A DNA stretch of 64,000 nt from Welwitschia mirabilis (taxonomy: Eukaryota): the NCBI GenBank assembly GCA_051453625.1, contig JBOZIK010000001.1:34086663-34150662 (forward strand), written 5' to 3'. Shown here piece by piece: positions 53,271 to 61,015 of the stretch (position 1 is its first letter; every line of letters starts with the position of its first letter). The position numbers and the translations under genes are program-made. The notes beneath the pieces are model-generated. The model was given only the letters and a program-made list of their open reading frames with translations, was not told where the DNA came from and searched no databases.

Positions 53271-53341
53271 TGGAGTGTCATCAAGTGGTAAGGGAACAGG
53301 TTTTAATATTTTTATTCAAAGGTTTGAATCCTTTGGTCTCA
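53271..53341 (+). pseudogene. trnQ: Plastid tRNA-Gln(UUG) pseudogene
   Basis: tggagtgtcatcaagtggtaagggaacaggttttaatatttttattcaaaggtttgaatcctttggtctca aligns end to end with plastid trnQ-UUG (TGGGGCGT.GCCAAGTGGTAAGGC...GGTTTTGGTC....ATTCGGAGGTTCGAATCCTTCCGTCCCA), mostly through transitions. Confidence 0.85.
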
Positions 53342-53480
53342 AACTCAAAAACCCTTTTTTTTTTTTTTGATGCAATGAAGTTTCCCAAAATCCAGTATAA
53401 AAAAGTAAGCTAGAATGCTAGATTTGTTGTTATTAGTGATAAATTCCTAAGAAGTTGAATATTACGATAAATGAGTGTGG

Positions 53481-53501
53481 ACCCCTATTGTTTAGTGGTC
53501 C
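53481..53501 (+). pseudogene. trnE: 5' fragment of a plastid-type tRNA-Glu(UUC), cut by a gap
   Basis: acccctattgtttagtggtcc resembles the trnE 5' end GCCCC(C/T)ATCGTCTAGTGGT.C, differing by transitions. Only 21 nt are visible. Confidence 0.55.
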
Positions 53502-53799
53502 NNNNNNNNNNNNNNNNNNNNNNNNNNNNNNNNNNNNNNNNNNNNNNNNNNNNNNNNNNNNNNNNNNNNNNNNNNNNNNNNNNNNNNNNNNNNNNNNNNN
53601 NNNNNNNNNNNNNNNNNNNNNNNNNNNNNNNNNNNNNNNNNNNNNNNNNNNNNNNNTTATCAATTTTATTTATTTCATCTTACACCAATAAACCTATTAC
53701 TTTAAATAAAGGAATTGACATATTTTACATAGTATTCACCTTTATAGTTTTTAGACTAATGAAATTGCCTATCAACATCATGAAATCCAAGTAGCTCAT

Positions 53800-54560
53800 G
53801 TTCACTCCTTTAAAGAAGGCCTTCATTCAAAAAATGTCACCTTAGTACTTGATAATCATTTTTATAATATACCACTTTTGATGGTTTCATGTTTTCATGT
53901 AGATCCTTCTCGATGGTTGCACATTTGAAATCTTCATCATAGGATGAATTATACTATTTAGTCTCTGCTTCTACATCTATCCTTTCAAATCATATTTGAT
54001 ATCTCTAAATGAATAATGAAGAAGCAATTAACCCTAGCAATAGGTCATCCATTTGTTATCATCTTTTTTGGGTTGCACAAGAACCTAGAAATAACTTTAA
54101 CAATTACATGTTTCCTTTTAAATGCCATGTACTATCTCTTATCTTCCTTGGATTGAATATGTAATATTTTGCATAATTAAATAATGTCAAGCCTTTCATA
54201 TGTAGTGGCTTATTTGGATATTGATCCATCAATGTGTTAGACAGAATTTCTTCATCTACAAGTTATCTGTGTTTTACTTTCTTATATACCTCCTTAGGTA
54301 CATTAAGAAAGACAAATACTCTGCTACTTTTAACTAAGGGAAGTCCCTATAAGATGTGGCATTTTCCATAGCTCCAACGTCATGAGCTATTATAGTATCT
54401 ATCATAAGTCTTTTATACACTGAAACGACAAGCTCACTGGATCTCTATCTTGTGATATCTTTGATTTTTATTTCTTATCCAACTTTGGAGAATACTTTCC
54501 AATATGTTATATAATGACATATTTATTAAGTATAGATTATAGGTTGATAATCACTCATCA
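53800..54560 (-). mobile_element. Probable CACTA/En-Spm transposase C-terminal remnant (DUF4216-like region)
   Basis: Broken minus-strand frames resemble K.QDSG..., YYG.L.DV.EL.Y, LVDV, EP.IL...Q.YYI..PRK.RD..WH motifs. By-eye match only. Confidence 0.4.
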
Positions 54561-54789
54561 TGTCTAGAATTATTCTATCATGAACATTTAACCTATCATT
54601 ATTTCTCCTCCACACATACTTTTTCTCATTATTTTCATCTATATATAACCTAAATTCGTAAGGTTGTAACTTCTACAAAACATTACATCCAGATAAATTA
54701 ACAAGATTAGTGTATATAATTTAAAATATTTATACTACTAAAAGAGTAGTATTATGTGGATACCTACACACCTATCAATCATTTCATAT

Positions 54790-55165
54790 TCTTGTTTAAT
54801 TTTGTAAGTTACTTTATCAATTTTATAAGTTTCTTATTTAATTTTATAATATGTTTTTTTAATTTTATACATTTGTTATTTACTATTATAAGTTTTTTAA
54901 TTTTGTAAGTCTAATAAGATTTTTAATTTTATGAGTACACAAGTTTTTTTATTTCTATAAGTTCTTAATTTACTTTGAGACAATTTTTTAAATTTTATAA
55001 GTTTTTTTCTTTTATAATTTTATATGTTTGTTGTCTACTTTTATGAGTTTTCTAATTTTAAAAATTATTTAATTTTATAAATTGAAGGTTTGTTAATTTT
55101 ATAAGTCCAAAATTTTTACAAGTCTGTAAGTTTTTTAATTTTATAAGTTTTTAAGTTTATAAGGA
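54790..55165. repeat. AT-rich degenerate minisatellite of (t)aattttataagttt-like units
   Basis: More than ten recurrences of aatttta/gtaagttt with variable spacers. Confidence 0.75.
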
Positions 55166-55411
55166 ATTAATGGAGTATACCTCATTTTAAATGAAAATAA
55201 ACCTAAACTCAATAGAGTGTAACATCTAAGAAAATAAAATAAAGCAAGGGATAGGGTCTATTGAGTATTAAGGTATTTAATATGCATAAAAAATAAAATC
55301 TAAATAATGATAGTTTGTAACATTTAATAATTTAAATGAATTATGTCAAAGTTCCAATGTCATAGATTTGCAATACACAAAGATACAAGGACGTTAATAT
55401 TAAATTGATCG

Positions 55412-55547
55412 AAATAAAGTTAACAAAATGGTAAAGCATTATAAGAATAAATTATTTAGACTAATAAATTGATGTTAATATGAGATTGCTCAAAATAAAG
55501 TTAGCAAAATGATAAAGCATTATAAGAATAAATTATTTGGACTAATA
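55412..55547. repeat. Direct duplication of ~55 bp, period ~81 bp
   Basis: aaataaagtta.caaaatg.taaagcattataagaataaattattt.gactaata occurs twice. Confidence 0.8.
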
Positions 55548-55849
55548 GTTTCTAATCTAAAATGTCCTGATGTAAAAATTGCTTACAATTTAAATACAAA
55601 CATATAAATTCAAAAACTTGGTAAGCTGCCAATGCTTTTATTCTTGTGATCTTTATTTTCTATGTAGGGTTTGCTACAATTTCAATTCCCCATAGTTGAT
55701 TCCTTTGGTCTTGTTGATAATGGCCATCCTTTTAGCCCTTAGTTTCTATTTTTATAGAGTTCCTTTAATTTCAAATCCTTCTATTTGTCTTTTCTTTGTA
55801 GCCTTTGCAATTTGCTTGGGCGTTTTTTTATAAGCTAAGTTTACCTTTT

Positions 55850-56190
55850 TATTGGCCTCATTCAGTAGTTCTTTTTTTACCATTTTAAAAAATTATCTTT
55901 AATGTTTTAAATTAAATAATAAACCTTTTAGTCGTCTCATTCAATAGTTCTTTCCATTTTATAAAAACTGTTTTTATTTTTAGTTAAATAATAAACTTTT
56001 TAAAAAACTATTTTTGGCTCATCTAATAAGTTTTTTATTTCTAAAACTATTTTTCGTTTTTAAATAAATAATAAATTTTTAATTTAATTAATTAATAGTT
56101 TTATCGTTTTATAAAGTTATTTCTATGTTTAATTAAATAGTAAACATTTTTGAGAACTAGTTTTATTTTATTTGTTTTAAATAAAATAGC
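55850..56190. repeat. Degenerate AT-rich tandem repeats (~65-80 bp)
   Basis: Recurring ctcattca.tagtt and ttaaataataaac.ttttt blocks. Confidence 0.6.
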
Positions 56191-56394
56191 AAATTCTTAC
56201 GCTATCCAGATAAATCAGTCACTGAAAATTGGCCTTTCCGGGCTAAACAACATCAATCTTATTTTCAAAAACTAACAAAATTTATGTTGAATAACTCAAT
56301 GATTCACGTGTGCAAGGTGTAGAATAAAGCAAAAGCAACGTCTTTTCTGAACACCACCCAATTTAGTGATCTGTTCGAAAAGGGGCGGTAGATT

Positions 56395-56448
56395 GTCGTT
56401 TAGCTGTTCGAAACGGATCTGTCGTTTAGCTGTTCGAAACGGATCTGT
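56395..56448. repeat. 26-bp tandem duplication spanning the laccase stop region
   Basis: tgtcgtttagctgttcgaaacggatc occurs twice, plus a partial third copy at ~56368. Confidence 0.85.
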
Positions 56449-57434
56449 TAGAGGAGGTGCCTGTCGGTTGCCGTTGAATCGCAAGGCTGTCGGACAATAC
56501 ACATCTCTGAAAATCCGGCGGAGGCGGAAGCATCTTCTCATGCGGGCGAGAACCGTCGAGGGTCAAGAAAACCATAGACATGCCAATAGACATATGATAA
56601 TCGACATGACAATGGAAAAACCACACGCCAGGATTGTCCGCCAGAAACCGGATGGCAGTTGGCAGATTCAACGTGTTCCGTTTTGGCGGATCCACCAAAT
56701 TTAAGGTTNNNNNNNNNNNNNNNNNNNNNNNNNNNNNNNNNNNNNNNNNNNNNNNNNNNNNNNNNNNNNNNNNNNNNNNNNNNNNNNNNNNNNNNNNNNN
56801 NNNNNNNNGATACTCGACATGACAATGGAAAAACCACACCCCGGGATTGTCCGCCAGAAACCGGATGGCAGCCCAGTCGTTGAATGGCAGATTCAACGTG
56901 TTCCGTTTTGGCGGATCCGCCAAATTGAAGGTTTTCGGATCATTCACAGGATCGTAGTTGCCGAAGCCCCTGCCGACGATAAAGAAATCGTGGCCGTGTA
57001 GATGGAATTATGGTTCTTTCCCCCCAAGATGCCGACGGACTGGATAACCAACTGAATTGTCGAATTGCACCGCAGAACCTTCACTTTGGTGCCCTGTCAC
57101 TCCCCGGCCATGTCGTGTTAGTGAAATCAAAAATCTCCTGCGGTCTGTCGGGGAAGTCCGGCGAATAAACGCCGGAAACGTTGAAAAAATACGCCTCGAG
57201 AATCGACAGAAAGGTGGGTTCTTTGAACGAAACGTTGTTCAGGCCGGCAACAACTCGCTCGTTGTTCGGGCCCATGCAGGTTATGTTGGGATTGCTGCAG
57301 GGAATCATGCCGGGATTCTCAATGAAGAACAGACNNNNNNNNNNNNNNNNNNNNNNNNNNNNNNNNNNNNNNNNNNNNNNNNNNNNNNNNNNNNNNNNNN
57401 NNNNNNNNNNNNNNNNNNNNNNNNNNNNNNNNNN

Positions 57435-57510
57435 TGGGCGACGCCTCGTTTTCTGGCGCCGCCCTGGCAGTTGGCAGCACCGCCCCTTCTTGGGGTGTGC
57501 AGCGCCCACA
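57435..57510 (-). mobile_element. GC-rich foreign sequence joined to the laccase exon, starting TGTGGG on the minus strand (possible young LTR end)
   Basis: Homology to the second laccase version stops exactly after cacgatttc. The following 76 nt are unrelated, CpG-rich, start with TG and run into a gap. Confidence 0.5.
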
Positions 57511-58336
57511 GAAATCGTGGCCGTGCAGATGGAAGTTATGGTTCTCTCCCCCCAATATGCCGACGCCCTGGATAACCAACTGAATTGTCGAATTGAACCG
57601 CAGAACCTTCACTTTGTTGCCCTTAATACTGTAACTCACCGGCCATGTCGTGTTAGTGAAATCAAAAATCTCCTGCGGTCTGTCGGGGAAGTCCGGCGAA
57701 TAAACGACGGAAACGTTGAAAAAATACGCCTCAAGAATCGACAGAGAGGTGGGTTCTTTGAACGAAACGTTGTTCAGGCCGGCAACAACTCGCTTGTTGT
57801 TCGGGCCCATGCAGGTTATGTTGGGATTGCTGCAGGGAATCATGCCCGGATTCTCGATGAAGAACAGACTTTCGTTCGGTGCTCCGTCGGGAACGCTAAA
57901 AATGTTCGCATCCGATCGGAGTCTGCGCAATGCACGGTAAAAGCGCTCCGCGGTGTCCGTATCGGCGGCCGGCTGAAGGTCTGGGAGTTTGTCTGGAATG
58001 CCGTTGGGAGACGGATAAGAGTTGCAGGTATAGTCGATGGTGGCCGTGGTTGTGGTCTCGTCGAAGGAAACCTTGTCGGAGGCCCAATAGGCTCGCGCCG
58101 CTACCAAAAATGAGTCTCCGCAGGCATCCTTGTCGAATGTTATCAGCGCGTCCGTGGTTTCCCCGGGCCCGACGACGATGATGTCCGTTTCAACCGGTTT
58201 TATGTACTGTGCGTCGACGGCGACCACTGTGGCTGTGTGGCTGTAGAAACGGAGAAACATCGTGTAGGCCATGGCAGCGTTTATTATGCGGAAATGGTTT
58301 CTCCTTTGTTAACCTTTATGCGGGTCATTTCTGTAA
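57511..58336 (-). CDS. Laccase exon 5, version 1 (up to the insertion after HGHDF)
   Basis: TEMTRIKVNKGET, then a frameshift, then FRIINAAMAYTMF...VVAVDAQYIKP...PGETTD...NNVSF...[13 protein letters not shown]. Confidence 0.88.
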
Positions 58337-58393
58337 CTGCAGAAGATCAGAAAGAAGAGATTTGCAGGGTACAGTTCGCCAAAAATAACATGC

Positions 58394-58523
58394 CGAAGCA
58401 GTGGCAGAAGTTTTGGAGCGAGATGTCCAGGATTGATGGTAAGCGAGTCGAAGAGTTTCGGTTTTCCTCCATCGAAAATGAATGCTGCTTCTATTTTCAC
58501 GGGGTCTGCGTCCCACCACTCGC
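58394..58523 (-). CDS. Laccase exon 4 (frameshifted; GC donor)
   Basis: EWWDADPVKIE...DSLTINPG. The 130-nt length gives the wrong phase for exon 5, and the putative donor reads GCATGT. Confidence 0.7.
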
Positions 58524-58599
58524 CTGATTGAAAAAGAAAACCAAATTTGTTATTAGAATTTGACTGAAAATCATCGGCAACAGATTTGCAACGTCATAC

Positions 58600-58844
58600 C
58601 CAGAATGAGAATTTCGTCGCGGCCGGGGTACGCGTACGGATAGTTCTGAGGTTTTCTGGGAAGGATGACGAATGCACCGTGAACAGTAGCTCTAAGCCAC
58701 GAGAAATGAGCGTGCCAAAAAAGAGTTCCTTCCTGGGTTTCGAGCTTGAATCTAGAAGTGAAGTTCTGTCCTGGCTGAATAGGGCACTGCGTCACGAACG
58801 CCGGACCGTCCGCCCAAGGATTTCTCATCTGCCGGACTCCGTGC
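58600..58844 (-). CDS. Laccase exon 3
   Basis: HGVRQMRNPWADGPAFVTQCPIQPG...EGTLFWHAHFSWLRATVHGAFVILPR...ILILG, bounded by AG and GT. Confidence 0.93.
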
Positions 58845-58928
58845 CTGCAAAAACATAACGCAATAAAACGCAGACTTTAGATTCTCTTGGTGAACATATC
58901 TCCGCAGACGCTACTGCCAATAAATTAC

Positions 58929-59080
58929 CAGTGCAGAGATGCGTTGTGTTTGGCCGCGTTGTGAACGTTAACAACAACGTTGTCGCTGTCGCGGACTCGG
59001 ATGGTCGGGCCGGGAAACATACCGTTCACCGTTACGACATCGAGAGTTTTGCAGAGCTTCGTTATCGTCGTTTGTCTCAG
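58929..59080 (-). CDS. Laccase exon 2
   Basis: LRQTTITKLCKTLDVVTVNGMFPGPTIRVRDSDNVVVNVHNAAKHNASLHW, bounded by AG and GT. Confidence 0.92.
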
Positions 59081-59159
59081 CTGAGCAAAGCCAGCATCAT
59101 CATGAGACGCGGCTCTATAAACAAAAGACGCAGCAGAGAAAAAGTGCTGAAATACTTAC

Positions 59160-59258
59160 AACCCAGTCATAGATTCGGACAGCTGCGGATGCCCAAGATA
59201 CAAAGAACCAGAGCACAAGGCTCAGCCAAAGCCTGCGGATTGTCACCGCCGAGATCAT
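59160..59258 (-). CDS. Laccase exon 1 (signal peptide)
   Basis: ATG at 59258, 99 nt, followed by a GTAAGT donor. Confidence 0.9.
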
Positions 59259-59315
59259 TCTGATCCCACTTGATGTTCAAACTTCACTTTGCAGTACTGC
59301 GGCTAGCTCCGGTCC

Positions 59316-59321
59316 TTTATA
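59316..59321 (-). promoter_or_regulatory. TATA box of the laccase gene
   Basis: CTATAAAG on the minus strand ~58 nt upstream of the ATG, in an otherwise GC-balanced context. Confidence 0.65.
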
Positions 59322-59409
59322 GAGGAAGCGAAACCCTAAAGTGGCCCTGAAACTCACTATGAAAATCTTTTCCTGAGTGAAATTATTTTCTGAGATTAAC
59401 CGTATTATC

Positions 59410-59416
59410 ACCTAAC
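59410..59416 (+). promoter_or_regulatory. AC-III/SMRE-type MYB element (ACCTAAC)
   Basis: Exact match to the AC element known from lignin-pathway promoters, ~150 nt upstream of the ATG. A short motif, so it could be chance. Confidence 0.4.
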
Positions 59417-59964
59417 AGACGTATATCTGGCCATGCACGTAATTTCAGTTCCCATCTACTCAGTGGTGTTTCGATCGTCAGCCTTTCTCATCCCATGAAA
59501 GTCACTTCCACTTGCAATTTGAGGTAGGAAAGAAAAATCTAATATCTCAGAAAGACTACAGATCCAATAAGAAATCTTAATACTTTAGAAAAAATAAAAA
59601 ATGACAATCTTAGAGAAAGACAAATTTCTAGACCAAAAACTCATCGCATTAAAAAAAAAAAGGAAGAAGAAGAAACTTTTGCATTAAAAATTCCAAAAAC
59701 CTTTTAAAAAGGAAAATCTTCCAATTAGAAAACTTTTGAGAAAAGTAAAACTTCTAAATCAAAGACTCCATAAATCTTTTGAGCACCTCCCTCTCTTTCT
59801 ACAAATCCTCTTAATTGCCATTTCATTTCATTTTCATAATGACTTTGCCTTGCAAATGGTTGGGGCATAGTAAGGCATTGGCCATTTTGTGCCACATGTT
59901 CTCTCTTATGCTTTTCTTTTTATTTGTGGTAGTAGCTTTAATTTATTTCTTTACTATGGTAATG

Positions 59965-60660
59965 TGGTATCATAACAAGTTTAGATCATGGTAGATGATG
60001 AAAGAGTGAATGAAAGATAAGCCCAAAGTCGAGGATATTTATGACAATGATAGAGTTAGAGGAAGAGGTTGTAGATGTAAGGGGTGGGATAGATCAAGCT
60101 AGTGATGACCAAGAAAACGTCTGTACAGGTAATCCTGAACTTGCCACATCAAATATCCACAAGAGTGCAAGCAATCAAAATCACCTATAGAAGATGAATA
60201 CTAGTTGAAATAGAAGAAAAGTGATGGAGATCTGATCATTAAGGCCATCTTTGAAGAAGTTGAGGATGAAAATAAACAACTATTTTTCCACACAATTTTG
60301 CAACTAGGGAGGAAGATCCTGGGCAATGTTTCATGCTTTAATGGGTTTCTGAATCTAGTTGCTTTAATCAACTAGATTAGAAACATGGAGAATTATCTTG
60401 AGTTGGAGTAACTATCAAAAGAAAGGAAGATCAAGATTGCAGTAACTAGGTTGAAAGGGTTGGCATCTAGTTTGCAGGATTATCTCTAACCAGAGAGGTC
60501 TTCATCAGAGATTGTAGAACCTATAATAAGGTTTCAAAATAGTACATTAGTATGTAAAGGATTTTCACCAACTTTCAATTCGTGCTAGAAAAGTTAAAAA
60601 CATTGGTAAGTTAGTGGGCTTGGCATTGTAATACAAGATGAGATTTCCATGACTTATCAG
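59965..60660 (+). mobile_element. Ty3/gypsy chromovirus-type fragment: Met-type PBS plus gag remnant
   Basis: tggtatcataac (cf. tggtatcagagc) at 59965. Frame ~60320-60500 reads VSCFNGFLN..ALIN*IRNMENYLE....KERKIKIAVTRLKGLAS, which resembles retrotransposon gag. Confidence 0.65.
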
Positions 60661-60922
60661 CCTATTCTAATCTGGACATCACTTTGATCTCAAAGTTGTT
60701 TCCATCTATTTTAATCTAACTACTACTTTGTTTTTAAAGCTACCTGTTCTAAAGATTGTTATTTTCAGAACTTTATTTTGTTAATTTATTTTTTAATATA
60801 GTTAGGAAAGATGCGAAAATTCTCATGAATGAAATGTATTTTTAATCCTTTGAATGCTATTAAAATTTCACGTTATTTCATTAAGCTTTCAAATCATTTT
60901 CTTTGTTGATTTTCTTTCTTTC

Positions 60923-61015
60923 TATACAAAACTCTAGAAAATTGTTTTTATATAAAAGTCTAGAAAATTGTTATTTTCCTTCGTTTTATACAAAAGTCTA
61001 GAAAATTGTTTTTTT
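60923..61015. repeat. Three copies of a ~24-bp motif ata.aaa..tctagaaaattgtt
   Basis: Seen at ~60924, 60950 and 60988. Confidence 0.7.

Larger units (their letters stand above)
52311..53501. other. Nuclear plastid DNA insertion (NUPT), decayed
   Basis: psbK C-terminus on the minus strand with divergently oriented trnQ, as in plastomes. Also a possible psbI start and a trnE 5' end. Confidence 0.88.
56426..59258 (-). pseudogene. LAC: Laccase (multicopper oxidase) gene, disrupted or mosaic as assembled
   Basis: Signal-peptide-like N-terminus MISAVTIRRLWLSLVLWFFVSWASA. All four copper motifs are present: [54 protein letters not shown]-terminal PPPPDFQRC. Exons are 59258-59160, 59080-58929 (152 nt), 58844-58600 (245 nt), 58523-58394 and 58336 onward. 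Frameshifts at ~58430 and ~58296 enclose an in-frame TAA (58309-58311). The 3' half is present as overlapping variant pieces. Confidence 0.93.

Noticed and set aside
52555..53341. psbK and trnQ as functional genes or as plastid contamination
   Set aside because: Both carry many transitions that disrupt conserved residues and tRNA stems, consistent with long residence in the nucleus.
5414..53794. Long ORFs made mostly of X residues
   Set aside because: Artefacts of translating N gaps.
56366..59263. Plus-strand ORFs (e.g. 57181-58113, 310 aa; 58931-59263)
   Set aside because: Antisense shadows of GC-rich laccase exons, with no independent protein signature.
56300..59350. GC-rich laccase as horizontal transfer or contaminant
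   Set aside because: It has plant-type laccase motifs and conserved plant intron positions (152- and 245-nt exons). The GC contrast is explained by AT decay of the surrounding methylated DNA.
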